NCBI RefSeq assembly: GCF_036321535.1
Contig: NC_087437.1
Location: forward strand, 105,030,001 to 105,094,000
From: Camelus dromedarius
Lineage: Eukaryota
Reading direction: 5' to 3'
Length of the DNA stretch: 64,000 nt
The notes beneath the pieces were generated by a model, which had not been told where the DNA came from, searched no databases, and was given only the letters and a program-made list of their open reading frames with translations. Below, in pieces: positions 25,090 through 38,465 of the stretch. The number at the start of each line of letters is the position of its first letter. Positions within the stretch are counted from its first letter, which is position 1. A program made the translations under genes and the position numbers.

Positions 25090-26870
25090 TGCCTAGAAGT
25101 ACCCTCCATAGCATTTTAGTCTCCCACACTCCATCCTAATATTTTTAGTCACTTTCTGTGGTCCTCTCACCTGCCAAATTCCTTCACCACAGCAAGAGCT
25201 CTAATCCATTGGTCCTTTCATATTTCTCTGCCTCTCAAAACTCATGTCTTTTTCTCTTCCCTATCTGTTTTAAATTCCATGATTAATAATGTTTTTCTTC
25301 TTTTCTTACCTAACTTTGACTCTAAAAGCAATCACTAACAACACTCCTTTTACATACATTTTTCTTTCCTTCTTTGTGATTTTTCTCCCTGTTTCACTCT
25401 TTAGGCAAAAACACAGTGTTGTTGAAATCCAATACACTGACTACTTTCTACCTTCATGTGTATTGAGCTTGACAGGAGAAAACACACAGTAAGAAGCTCT
25501 AAGTCTTGCCTCACAAACTTGAATCTCTTTTTAGTTCCTTTAGTCTTTTACCTTCCCAAACAAATTCTACCTCCTCCTCCCGCTCTTCACTCAGTTGACA
25601 AGCTCGCTTAATAAAAACAGAACTTTCACATCAAGTGTTACCAACTTACCTGCATCTGCATGTACAAAGGCTCTTTCTTCACTTCATTTTTAAAATATAA
25701 ACTACCCGTGTTCATGTCTAAGTTAAGCCTCTTTATTTATGCCCTGGATTTATTTGGTCCCATTCACATAAGGACTCTGCATCTGCAATTGCTCCTTTTT
25801 GTTTCCTGGGTTATCAAATTCTCTGTCTTTACTAGAACTTTTCCATTAGTGTGCACACATATATTATTATTTTCTACGTATTCACCCTCCAGTCCAACCT
25901 TTCAAAAGAGTTTTCTATATTCTATCTCCATTTTCCCTCTTACTCACTATTTTTTTTTTTATCATCAAGCTTTCATAGTCTCACTTCCCTTGAACTGTTT
26001 CTGTCAAGGTCATGTGCTACCTTTACATTGTCAAATTTGTGGTCAATGCTCAGTCTTCTTACTTTCTCTATTACAGCTAATCAGAACCCTTTTAAAAATA
26101 ATTTTCCTCACTTGGCTCCTTGGAAAACCTCTCATGTGTCTCCTGAGGTAACACTGCTGCCAATTCTTTTTCTATTGCTTTTGTTAATTCTTCTTAACAC
26201 TTCCAAATTCTACCTGTTGCAGAGTCCCAATTTCAATTCTTGAATCTCTTCTTTTTTCAATATATGCTTCTAAATCTTTTCTAGCCCACTTTCTTTCAAT
26301 GAAATCTGTATGTTGACTCTTCCCATATTTGTGTCTCCGGCCCCAACATCTCAAACTGAACTACAGATTCATATTTCCAACTATCTACTCAATATCTCTG
26401 CTTGGATATCTAATAAGTGTATTACATATCAGAAATTATTTCTTCCTTTCCCTTGCTGAACTTGCTCCCCCCCTTCTTCCACTTGCTCAGGCCCAAACCC
26501 GGTGTCATCTTTGCTCTAGGTTCTCTTTCACACCACAAATCCAATTTATCAGAATTTCTTACAGTCTATCTTAGAAATACATCAAGATTCCGACCACTCT
26601 CCATCATTTCCACAACTAAGTGGTCTACGTACCTGTCTCTGAGTTGTGATACTTCAACAGACTCATAAATGGACTTTCTACTTGGTTTTCCCAACACTGC
26701 AGTTGGAGTGACGCCATAAAACACAAAGTCAGAGAGAGTGACTCTATTACTGAAAAAACTCACATAGAGACTGCCTTCTAACCTAGAGTTCAACTTCACT
26801 GTGAACCCCTATATGATCACTCCTTCCACTGTTTCTTAGGCATAATATACAACTCCTCATTCTTTGTATT
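25090..26870 (+). mobile_element. Long L2 LINE remnant (RT region toward 3' end)
   Basis: Pyrimidine-rich; 'gaactgtttctgtcaaggtc...cattgtcaaatttgtggtcaatgctcagtc', 'tgactcttcccatatttgtgtctccggcccc', 'cttggatatctaataag', 'ttgctcaggcccaaa' are typical L2 ORF2 DNA. Confidence 0.85.
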
Positions 26871-27044
26871 CCTCATAGCTCAATCCCTGATATGAGTTGT
26901 TTTTTTTCTATTACAGTGACTAGAGGAGAGCCTTATTTTTTAACTACAAAAAGCCAAAAAGTTTCATAGAACCTGTTCCAGTTTTTCTTTATGAACTATA
27001 AACTAGTTTCATAACAGGATGGAATGAACAATGGTAGAGTGTGG

Positions 27045-27190
27045 TGGATATATATATATCCAAATATAATATATCATATATTTTAAAAAACATATGCACA
27101 TAGAATATGTTATATTATATAATGTATTTATTTATATTAAATACCTAATATATAATATAAATTATATATTTCATATTATATATGTTTTAT
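27045..27190. repeat. AT-rich low-complexity tract
   Basis: Directly visible. Confidence 0.8.
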
Positions 27191-27207
27191 TCTGTGAGTC
27201 CTAGCAC

Positions 27208-27495
27208 ATATATTTATTGAATACTTAGCATCCACTAGGAACAATGCCAATTCATTTAAAATTTATCCTAACTTATATTAAATTCTCATAGAAAATTCAC
27301 ACAGTGGAAAAAAATCTTTTTCTCTTTCTTTCTTTCTTTTTTTTTTTCTTTTCTTTTCTTTACTTTTCTTTCTTTATTTCTCTTTCTTTCTATCTCTTTT
27401 TTTTTTTTTAATAGAGGGAACTGAGGTTGAGGTATTAAATAGCTTTCCCAAGGTCATATGACTACTGAATAACAGCTGGGATTTGAATATAGCCT
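27208..27495 (-). mobile_element. MIR SINE interrupted by a T/C-rich simple repeat (27317-27409)
   Basis: 'atttattgaatactta...' then '(tttc)n' then 'gggaactgagg...cccaaggtcatatgacta...agctgggatttgaa'. Confidence 0.8.
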
Positions 27496-27684
27496 CATTA
27501 CATGGGATTTATTGTACTTCGTTCTCAATTAATTCTTCTCTCCTTGTGCCACTGACTTTGGGCTTCGCCACACAATTTTTCTTTTTTTTTTTCTTGGCAA
27601 GAAAGGTGAGTGTGCATATGCATATTCTTTCTAATAAAATACTTCACAAATGCTTTCCTGGGCAGCTTCCTCTCTTATACTAAT

Positions 27685-27891
27685 CGAGAAGAATATGCCC
27701 AGGTAGCCTCAAGTCCTGCAACCTGACTTTGAAACAAGAGACGTTATTTCTGATAAAGAACTCAACATGCAGCACGTTACCCTGGCCAATGTATGAATAT
27801 ATGAACAAAAAGTGAATGTGTGCTGTTAATAGTCACTGAGACATTTGGATTGCTTGTTATATACATTGTCACAGGAATAGCTAATTAATAC
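27685..27891 (+). mobile_element. Old MaLR LTR 3' part (MLT1H/I/J-like)
   Basis: 'gagaagaatatgcccaggtagcc...gtcactgagacatttggattgcttgttat...aatagctaattaatac'. Confidence 0.65.
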
Positions 27892-29432
27892 TGCTCATAG
27901 GCAGTGTTCCAGGCCCAAAGTATTAATGATAATCACTGGGATAAAATAAAGACAGAATGAAAATAAATTTATACTGCAGCATGCAAGACTTAGTTTTAAG
28001 TATGAACACGCACATTGCTGCTAGAAAGCCTGGTCTCAAATGTTGTTTGTATTCTCTAAGCCAGTAAGTTTCACTGGCTTCCTGAGCCACTGTTTCCTTA
28101 GATAGTAACTAATACTGCATCTCTTTTGAGCAGCTGTAAATATTAAATTTGCTAGCATTTCCTAGCATAGAACCAGGCATATAACTGATCTTTAACATAT
28201 ATTATATTTTATCCTGATAATGAGGATTAGAGATACTGATATAAGAAACCACAGCAATACGATCACTTTGAGAGTGTCTAATACAGAGTAAAGACTCAAC
28301 ATATGTTTGGTGTATTTGTGAATGAACACACTCTTTATATAGCCTCTAACAATCTCATCTTGTAATTAATTCACCACAAAAGACTAACATGGATTCTATG
28401 AAAAACTATTCTTTTTTCATTCTTTTTTCTGTTACTTGTTTCCATGTAGCACAAAGTGAATAATTCATTTAGCATTAATATAGTTACTTTGACTTACAAA
28501 TCAGTCTATGTGGATTATTCTACATAAAATAAATACATTGGTATTATCATAAAGCTAATGAAAAAGCAAATCTATTTCTTTGGTTTATGCTGTGTATTTC
28601 AGGGTGCTTACATTGTGTCCATTAGCTTCTTGCTGTAAATGAATAAGTAATGCTTATGATTTATAGGTGAGATTTCTATAGTCAAAAATGGTTGGAGAGG
28701 GATTCTGGGAAAATGCACAGAGAGACAGATTTAAGTATTCCCCACACCTACACACCATCTCCACCTGAATCAAAACTGACAGTGCAATTAAGGTAGCAAA
28801 ACTAAAGATCCCTGAACAACATTTGCGATGAAAGTAGGTGACCTTAAATATGAGTGAATGTGGACAAACCATTGGCTGCCATGTGACCTGAGTAGTATTA
28901 GCACTACGCAGAGGGTAGAAGAAGTAAGCAAAGGCATGCCTTGGACACCTGCAAAATTCAAAATGGCCACACCGTCTTGAGAACTCAGCAGGCCAGTCTG
29001 AGAAGGCGATCTGAAACAGGGTGCGTGAGGCTCTACACAATGCAATACTAAGTGAGAAAATAGATCTGTATTGAGATCCAAAAGGCTGGGAAGCCTAATT
29101 CCTCAGAACTCTCAACTAACCAGCCAAACTTCCTTCCAGGAGAAAGCCCCACACACAGGAGAAACATGTAAGAATGAAATCTAAATTGAACATAACAAGG
29201 AAAATTTAAAAAAGAAGAATGTACAGATAAAAGTAGAAAAGGGATATAGGAGAATTCAGGAAGCAAGATGCCATTCTTTTGAACTGAGGGGATATCATGG
29301 GCTGTGATGTTATTAAAACAATCTTGAACCACTTTTCCCATTTTAAAAATAGTATTAAAAACTGGTTACATTTTGAAAGTTCTAGAAAATTGCTTTATAT
29401 AAAAATGAGTAACAGAAAATAAGTGAAGATAA

Positions 29433-29471
29433 ATCTCATCTGACACATCTCATCTGACACATCTCATCTGA
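29433..29471. repeat. 14-bp tandem repeat (atctcatctgacac) x ~2.8
   Basis: Copies at 29433, 29447 and 29461 (partial). Confidence 0.92.
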
Positions 29472-29639
29472 AGTAGTTATAATAAATAAAATAAAAAGTA
29501 GAATAATATTCTTATAAACAAAAAAGCATGCTAGAAAAAAAAAGCCCCCAAAATAATAAAAATTATAGTATTTTTAAATGTGCCAAAAGAATTATACAAA
29601 TAACACATGTATGATAGACATAACTTTATAATAAAGAAA

Positions 29640-29743
29640 GGGGAACTATGGCTCATGGTAGAGCATGTGCTTAGCATGCATAAGTTGCTGTGTTCAATCC
29701 CGAGTACCTCCACTGAAAAAATAATAATAATAAATTTTAAAAA
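29640..29743 (+). mobile_element. tRNA-derived camelid SINE (Vic-1-like)
   Basis: A-box-like 'tggctcatggtagagc', B-box 'gttcaatcc', A-rich tail; TSD aactttataataaagaa (29622-29638) / aactttataattaaaaa (29744-29760). Confidence 0.9.
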
Positions 29744-30109
29744 AACTTTATAATTAAAAATGAGGGGATAAAACTCAGAAACAATAAAATTTTTAAAATA
29801 TTTCTTAATTGAAGAAAAAATAAGAAGACAAGAATAAAGAAAAGGGCAAATACACAAAACAGATAATGCCTTCTAAGAAATAATGCAAAAAAAAAGATAA
29901 AAGGATGTAAATGAGTCAAGAGAATGTGATAAATATAGAAACTAGTCAAAGAAGATACAGCTGATGTAAAAGATTGCTAAAGAAAACGAAAGCAAGTGAA
30001 TAAACTAAATACTAAAAATTATAATTCAAGAAAATTATCTTGAGGTTTAAAAAGGAAAACATCAGTCAGTAAGAATGAATGAGGATTTAGATTCATATTT
30101 CCTAAAAAC

Positions 30110-31030
30110 ATGACCACTTCTAGTGTCCAGATTGAGGACCTAGAGTACTATTTTCCACTAAAAGAATAATTGCATGAATTGTCTGCTTCTAGCTCAGAGG
30201 TAGAATGGCCAAAGATGGAAAATTTTGGACATCAATGAGTATAATAAGTCCAGTATATCAACCCACATCAAATATATTTAAATTCAATAGTTCAAAATGA
30301 TACTTAAACTAATTGCTTAGTTTTGAGGATTCTAGAAAGTCAACTTTAACAATTGTTTAAGAAGGGAAATAATCTATTCTGCCTTTCCTATATTCACTAT
30401 GTCACTAGAAGGGTAAGACATGGATGATATGAAATATATTTTTAAATATGTATTCTAGTTCTGTGAAGAAGAAATTTTAGATTGAGGATTCATTCATTTT
30501 GCAGCCCCTAAGGAATTAATTGAAAATTCATGGCTGCTAACATCACAACATGAAAGACAATCAAATATTATATTCTTTGCTAGTGAAATAAACATAATAT
30601 CTATGTGCCAAAACATTGACCCTACATCTAATTACACATAGAGATCCAATTATCAATAAACAAAAATTACAAGTGACAGAGACATATATTAAGCTACAAC
30701 AATGTGATCCAACCAGCAAAATTCTGATTGTGGAAAACTTCAGAAAAACAATTCTCTGGTTTCTTAGACAAATAGGTTGCAATATAATAAAAGAGATCAA
30801 GAGGGAACACATGGATTTAAAAATATCTGAAAGAGACAAAATTAACTGCAGAATGACAGTCATTTTAAAAAGTATTATAGCGTTTATCCTAAAAGCCAGG
30901 ATGAGACTGGGAGGAGCTAGTGGACTGTAGATACAGGATTTTTATTTTCCGACTTAGTAGTTATTAAAAATGTGCTTACCTTTTAATAATTCATAAAGCT
31001 CTAGACTTTAAAACATTTTTATTTAAATGT
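30110..31030 (+). mobile_element. Ancient L1MC4/5-like 3' region
   Basis: 'ctagtgtccagattg...tattttccactaaaag', 'tggctgctaacatcacaa', 'tctggtttctt'; degenerate and A-rich. Confidence 0.6.
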
Positions 31031-31059
31031 AAAAATATTCAAAAATAATATTTTTAAAA

Positions 31060-31285
31060 GAGTTTTGGAAATACTTGGTTAAATGCTGTTAAACTATTTT
31101 TTTCTTACCTCAGGAGTTCTTGAATTCTTAACATTGCTGATTCTTACTGTGAATCATCAAGAGCAATTTAACTTGTAACATTTCACAGTCTGATTTGTCA
31201 AGAAACCCTTTATTCTCAAAACACTTAATAACACCCCTGAAAATCTCAATGCTGTCTAAAGCACAGCTCAGGAAATGCTTGTCTA
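31060..31285. mobile_element. hAT-Charlie-type MITE remnant (related piece near 18045-18130)
   Basis: 'tttggaaatacttggttaaa...caggagttctt...tgtgaatcatcaagag...cacagctcaggaaatgct'. Confidence 0.45.
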
Positions 31286-32269
31286 TTTAATATATACATC
31301 TAGTCTACTGGTATCTTCAGCCACACTAGTGTAATATATATTCCACTAAAAATACCAGTTATCATATTACTGCACTTAATTTACTAGGTAGTCTTCAGTG
31401 TGGATAGTTTGGTACACTTCAACCAATAATTGCCAATGAAAAAAAAAATTTTAAGTGGCAACTATTTCAGTTCTCACGAGGCATCATCATATTCATTCTG
31501 AAAGTGTTTTAGTTTTTGATTTTCTGGCATTTCCCATTGCTTTCTTCATCATTACAACTGGATATGTCCTTTTTAATAAGAAAAACAAACGTTAAGAGTT
31601 AATACAACACAATACAAAATTAAGAGATATGATTAAAATCTCACAGCTACAGTGATTTTATAAGATAGCTCTGTTGCATTCAATAGACTGAATGATTATA
31701 AAAAGCTCACATAATTTGTGCTACTTGTGTTCATTAATTATGCAGGATTTAAACTTATCTTCCAACAGAGGATCAAACACTATGGCAATATATTGACCAG
31801 ATATGCTGTTTCCCTGTAGAACCCTAGAGAATTCATATTCCATTGAGACAAGTAAGATAGGGACCAATACAATCAAATCATATGCAGCACGTAACTCAGT
31901 TTCTACATTACAAGGTCCAGAATTAACTCTTAAGACTGTGTTCTATCATAGCATTTGGGTGATTCCAGTTGTGAAGTCACCTTATATGAGGGAATGATTC
32001 AGTAAGAAAGTTCTTTGTGTTCTTCAGTGACCAGATTCTTAATGAAATATTTAACCACCTGAAGACTGTGGGAGGCTCCCTACTCTTTATTCATTTAATA
32101 TTAAGCACTTCAGGTAGGAAAGTATAGTAGATTCAGTAAATTCCTTCTGCTTACATCAAAAATCAGTGTTCAATTTACTGTTACAAATAAAGCTGAAAAA
32201 GGAGATAAGTTTTTCATAAATCTTCCTTAAATAAACATAACAATAGACATGATTAAATAATTTGCCAAC

Positions 32270-32636
32270 TGTAGTAGTTAGGTAGGGCTACTGTAACAAA
32301 ATACTATAGAGTGAGTGGTTTTAACAACAGTAATGTATTTTCCTAATAGTTCTGGAGGTGGGAAGTCCAAGATCAAGGTGTCAGCAGGTTGGTTTCTCCT
32401 GAATCCTCGCTCCTTGGCTTGAAGACGGCCACTTTTTTCTTGTGTCCTTACGTGGCTTTCCTCAGCACAGGCATACCTGGGGTGTCTTTTTCTTATAAGG
32501 ACAGCAGTCACACTGGATTAGAATCCCCACTTCATGACTTTATTTAACCTTAATTACCTTTTTAAACACCCTTTCTCCAAATACAGCCACAATGGGCTTT
32601 GAGCTCCAACATAAGAATTTGGGAGGACACATTTCA
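32270..32636 (-). mobile_element. MaLR solo LTR (MLT1B-like)
   Basis: 'agttctggaggtgggaagtccaagatcaaggtgtcagcagg...tcttataaggacagcagtcacactggattag...ttaaccttaattacc'. Confidence 0.9.
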
Positions 32637-32694
32637 CGTATGTCTTCAAATAGGACTTTTTCAGAAACTCAAATAAGCATGAGTATAGTAAATT

Positions 32695-33105
32695 CACTTA
32701 TTCCACTTATCTATTGAGTAGCTTCCAATTGTCAGGTACCAACTGTATTAGCCACTGGAGACAGAGGACTAGGAGAACACAGTTCCTCCATTCAGAAATC
32801 CTGAGCAACCAGGCAGTCAACATACCTCAAGAGTGTTGAAGGCTACCGGTAACTGGATCACAGCGCTCTGAGAAGGTCCATGTACAGGAGCAGGTCACCT
32901 GGAGAGCATTGGCCATGAAGGTAGTAAGTTCCCTAGAAAAAAATGTCACCTAGGTGAGACTTCAAGGATGAGAAAGAGTGTATTCAGACAAAAAAAAAAA
33001 AAATGTGCGTCTGTGTGGCAAGAATGGAGGAGTAGCACTCAGTATTCCAAGTAGAGGAAACAGCATGCCCAGAGCTCAGTGGGAAGATACTCTGGGAAAT
33101 CTGAA
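32695..33105 (-). mobile_element. L2 remnant (antisense)
   Basis: 'tattgagtagcttccaattgtcaggtacc...tattccaagtagaggaaacagcatgcccagagc'. Confidence 0.6.
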
Positions 33106-35399
33106 AGAAGACAAACACTCAGTCCATAACATAATTTGCCAACCCTGACCTAAAGCACTGAAGAAAACATAGTAGACACTCAGTTAATAGATGTTGAATG
33201 AATAAGTGAATGTTTAAAACATAGTTGAATAAAATTGGTATTCCATTCTGGTTTTTCCTTGAACAACTCTGATGGATATTATTTTAACAATTGTCTTTTT
33301 TCATATTCAATTTAAAAAAAATGATTGCCAAGTATAATCAATGTTTTCTTTGGCATTAATGTAGTGGAATTATTTTCTCCTTTAATTTATCAATGCAATT
33401 AATTGTTTTGAAATATTTTTATATTGAAACACCCTTGCATTATTTGGATAAACTGCACTTATCTGTTCTATCTTGCTCTTTTAGAATATTAATACTTTAA
33501 ACTTTCTAAAGTTTAGTCTGGGACTTTATATCTACTGCCACATATAAGAAGAGTATTATATAGTTTTAATTGTGCAGAGTTTATTAGTCTTACTGTATTT
33601 GCTTTATATTAACAGTCTACATTCTCTCCTAGAATTTATGAATTATTAATTTCATGTTGTATTGCTTTACTGAATACAAATCCAGACAACTCCATGCTTT
33701 CCAACATTTGTTTTCAAAATAAATGTGGAAAACACATTTTTAATAGGCTAAAATCAGGTATCAAAAATCCAGAGGTAAATATGTTAATGGAAATACTCAA
33801 AAATCAAGTGTCATTTTATTTCAAGTCACAAAAAATTAGCATACACTTGAGAACCTATTATGTGGCAGATCCTCAGAAGAGCCCTGAGCATACACATAGC
33901 TAAGACATAGTTCATGACTTTAAAGAGATCAAGTGCAAGTAGAATTTTATACATAAAGGGTATGCAGAAAGGCAGAGCTTATGTCACACAGTTCTAACAG
34001 TGAGAGCTCAATCCCTTATACAATTCACTTTTGTAGAAGGAAATATTTCTTTTCAAAACTTGAAGCTATTGCCACATGTACCAACTCATACCTTTTTTTT
34101 TTTTTTTTAAGTTGTCCACAAGGGACATGTCAAACATGGAAAACACACATTCTGTCTCTTGGGGAATTTCTAAGGAAGGGTCTAGCCTAAGGAACACAAT
34201 TTTTTTTTTTCTTTCTGGTTGAACTCATTGATTAAATATGAAATATATTAATAAAATATTAAATACTTAATATAATTATTTCTATACACTTTTAAGTTGT
34301 TCAAGTAAGTAATTTCTTTAATATGTCAGATAAATCGTTTTGATTTGGGACTCAAAGAAATTCAATTATTGATTCAGTAATATGAGCATCAGGAAATAAA
34401 AGGAATTCATTTCCTAAGCCACCAGGATTTTTGTAAATACAGAGCTCAAACTGTATTAGTAATTCAAACTTAGAGCAGAGATGCATCTCACTCAACATTA
34501 GATAAATACAGATCAATAGCTCTGTTCAAACATTCTCATGATTTAAGGATTATTTTTATATTGCAGCAACTCCCATATTTTTCTCTGTAAATATACCAAA
34601 AGTATTATTTAAAGAATGGCATAAAGCTGAATGTTTTATTCAACTTTGGTTGAATTAAAAATCATCAGACCTTCTGCTTTATGCTTGTAACTGAAACACA
34701 GCCCAGCACTAGAGCCAGGTCCAGCACAATTAGATTTCTGCATCAAAGGCAAGAAATGAGACATTTTGACAGCTCTGGAACATTGCATTTCACGGGGCTC
34801 TGTGCACAGCTAGGTAGCACAGGTGTTCTTGTAATTGCAGTACAAGGGGAAAATTCAGTGCTCAATGGCCTTCAAATTCTCTACTCTTGTGTGTGATGTG
34901 ATGTGAAGATCATATGCCAGTGCTGCCTGCTTTCTGTGTGATGGAATGCATTAAGTGAAATGCAACTGAAGATATTTTGGAGTTCTGGATCTCCAAAACT
35001 AGATTAAAGTTATATACTTGGCTCTTTCTCTAGTCTCCATAACTTCTGTAGATCTGTGTCTGTGATTTTACAAATATAGAAAAAAATACTTTAAGGGCCT
35101 TTGTTGACACAAGTTTACATCATTAGTGGTAACTTTTCTTTCTCTTATTAGAATGCTACACCCAAACTTTGCTACATCCTGAGCCAGCTTGCCATAATTG
35201 TCTTTAACAATGTGCTGTGTAACATGGGAAGAATTCTGGTGATTTTATTTTTCTAATTCTCTGGTCAGAATTGTGCCCATGTCAAGTTTAAATTCCTAAA
35301 TTCCCTCTCAGTGGACCAGAACAGAAAAGAGAAGCTTAGGTACAAAATTAGGATCAAACATCTATTCATTTAAAGTCACTTTATATTAAAAATCTGGAA

Positions 35400-35478
35400 G
35401 GGGGTTGAGCCAAGATGGCAGAGTAGAGATACTCACAGCTCGCCCTCTCCCACAAATACACAAGAATTACATCTACAA
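35400..35478 (+). mobile_element. Isolated 5' terminus of an L1 (first ~80 bp of the 5' UTR)
   Basis: 'gggggttgagccaagatggcagagtagagatactcacagctcgccctctcccacaaataca': G-run plus YY1 motif CAAGATGGC, as at mammalian L1 5' ends. Confidence 0.7.
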
Positions 35479-38465
35479 CATTTGAAGAATATTGGATATT
35501 AGAAAATATTTGGTTAAACAAAATTTGCAAGTTTAATTTTCAAAATCATAATTAAATTGACTAAGTGATCATCTTAATGGAGAGCCATAAGTTTGTAACT
35601 GAATCTTTAATAAAAAATGTTCTGTCTTTCAAAATTTGCCTATAGTGATAGGTCATGGCAAGATATTTCATTTAAATTATAGAGTGTGAAAGTCAAGTTG
35701 TGCTAATAATTGGCTGATCCAAAATAAGAACTCGGAAATTATGCTTCAAACTGGCACATCAATTGGAAACAGGAGAAAAATCTTGGAAGAGAAGAAAATG
35801 CAGAGATGACCCCTCAAATATGCAAGTAAATTATAACCAAATACTCAGAAAATTGCGTGCTAAACCATGTCTATGTGGTGAACATGCCAAGCAACTGTGT
35901 TGGGCTTTGCAGAGTTCCTGAATTCTGAGATTAAAGATTTCTACTCTTATAAATGACCTACCACTGATTTTTCATAATTATTTCCTTTCTTGAAAAATGA
36001 TATAAAATTGACCTCTATTTTTCACTTTCTTTTCTGTTTTATTTTACATTATATATGAAAATAAATCACTAGTTTAATGTCTGCAATTATCATTACTATT
36101 TTTATCCTCATAATCAATGAAACTACAAGAGATAACATACCAGCCATTGGAAAATGGAATTTTCTTGAAACTTCCCGCTAGAAATTGATAACCCAAAGTA
36201 AGTGAAACTTCCATATAGTTAGCTCGCAACAGGTTTTGTTGAAAAATTGAGTTAATGACTTAAATTAGTGGATTGGAAATGACCTAATAAAAATGTCCAG
36301 GTTAAGGTCTCAGTTCCCTTCCACATTTCATTCACCTATTATTTCAGAAAATAATCATTCCTCCAACACAGCTGGTGACCGTATTACTGACTCCAAAACG
36401 GAAGATAAAACTCAGTTTCTGAATGAAAGAAGCAACCCAGAAATAACCAGGTGGTGGGCATGACCAGCATTCATTTTTCTAACCTTCCTCGTAATGGGCC
36501 ATACTCCAAAAGTGAGACTTTATTTGTACACCCACAAGGAAAATACTTCTTTTCCTTTTGCTGACACTCAGAAATTGATACCTTTATTGCTTTCAGAAGC
36601 TTTACAGGAGAGTTATCTCCAGCCCAAACAGCACAGGAACTATTTTTCTTTTCTTTGAAGGAACTCATGCAAGTTTAAAAAATGTTCTCCAAATATCCAA
36701 TTCTCAGGTACCACCAAATAAATGTATATTAGGGACCTATGTATAAGTTTTATAATATTAAAACAGGCAACACCATTAGATATTATATATCTAATATAAT
36801 ATACAGATATATATAACTAATTCAATGATTTTATAATTTATTGTATTATGTAAACATAATTGTATCAAATTGGAATGACTTGGAATATTTATACTTCTGT
36901 ATATATAATGGTTACTATTATCAACTGTCGCCATGTAAGAATAATTAGACAATATTATAAACATATAGAGAAAGGAAATAATTGATTTTTCCAATTGATG
37001 TGAAAGTTGTAATGGTTTTCATTATTCACTGCATAATTTTTATCTTTGACCTTTTTATGTCATTATTGCACCTTCTCTTCAAATTTAAGCAAACATCGAA
37101 ATAAAGTGTGACATTGATACGTAAAAAACGATTAACAAACTCTTCCTAAGAAATGGATGTTGGATTTTTATTTGCATATTTATTGTTATAATGTCTCCCT
37201 TGGTTTTTACAGTTTATTAAATGTTTATATTAACCAAACTAAAGTCATCAAAATCTGGACAATAGGAAGATTGTGAGGAAATCCTAGAAATGGAGTCAGA
37301 GATAGAGTGTTTCCTTAAAATCTGAGAGAGGTACATGTTCTGTCAGTATCACATTAAAGTAGGAATTGATTTTCTTTTTGAACACTTTGTGTACCTTTGA
37401 ATGACACCCACCAGACACAGCACGTACCTACCCTATCGTAGCACCACACTCATCACTGTACTCTGCTTGCGGGCCCACATGTGCCTACTTGAGCCTTACT
37501 TCTACCTTGCTATCTGCTCACAAGAAAATTGGTTACTAAATTCTACTAAACAGGGAATGTTTTGTTTTTTGTGTTCATTTAGATGATGCTGAAAACTCAG
37601 GACATTCAGCTGAAAAGGTACCTATGCCTGCTGCTGAATTATGACAAATTTCAGTGTAGATAAAAAGAAGTCTTTTCCAAATGCTTATTTAACGAATTGT
37701 AGGTTAATCTATTAGGAATCTTTCAACATCAGGGGTTCTTTCTTCTTCAGCACTTACTGGTAACTATGCTCAAATACAGTCAAATATAGTAAACATAGAA
37801 TATATGGGCTACACATTTTATACATATTGTAAACTTTATATAAATTATAGAGTATTTCTATGACTTGTATCATTTTTGCCTTGATCAGATGGAACACACA
37901 GTGGAGTTTTTGATGCATATTGACACAGAAGAACGAATATTAGGTGTGTGGTCTACATGCTGATATCATCATACAAAGAGCTTTATGCAACTGTTTATAA
38001 ACAGATTTTGAGTTCTTGAATTAGGGTCTGCTTTCTTCTACACTTGATAGAGAACTACTGGCCAATTTTGCATTGTTTGACTCCACTTTCAAGGACAGTA
38101 TCACAAATTTTCTTCAGACAGACAACAGTATAATCAATTACATATTTTGTTTATTTACTTTATAAATTTATAAATGGACCTGTTAAGTATATCTTTCCTT
38201 GTCTTGAAACTTTCCCTTTATTGGCCTTTGATGTAGAATAACAAACATGTTATATGAAAACAAATTTTGCTTATGCTTTGAAATCGTTAACAGATGTATT
38301 GAAGTTAGTTCATCTGCTGTGAGTTAAGAATAAGTTCTTAGGGGTTGCTTTACTTTAAGCACCAGAATATACATAATTTTGTTATTCTTATTAGAATAAA
38401 TCAGAGATTTCAAGAAACCATGAAACTCAGGTGGAACTAAAAGGAGGATTGAGAATTTCAAACAC

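Noticed and set aside
25660..26243. Longest ORFs (163 aa and 130 aa)
   Set aside because: They lie in a decayed L2, have F/L/S-biased composition, and show no intact domain
29433..29471. Short direct repeats as a CRISPR-like array (also 1255-1317)
   Set aside because: Head-to-tail with no spacers, in a mammalian context; simple slippage duplications
29640..29715. tRNA-like A and B boxes
   Set aside because: A-rich tail and TSD show a SINE; no proper cloverleaf
28654..30050. ORFs of 97-128 aa as a possible gene
   Set aside because: No recognisable protein; the region grades into A-rich sequence that looks like decayed L1/HAL1, too degenerate to call
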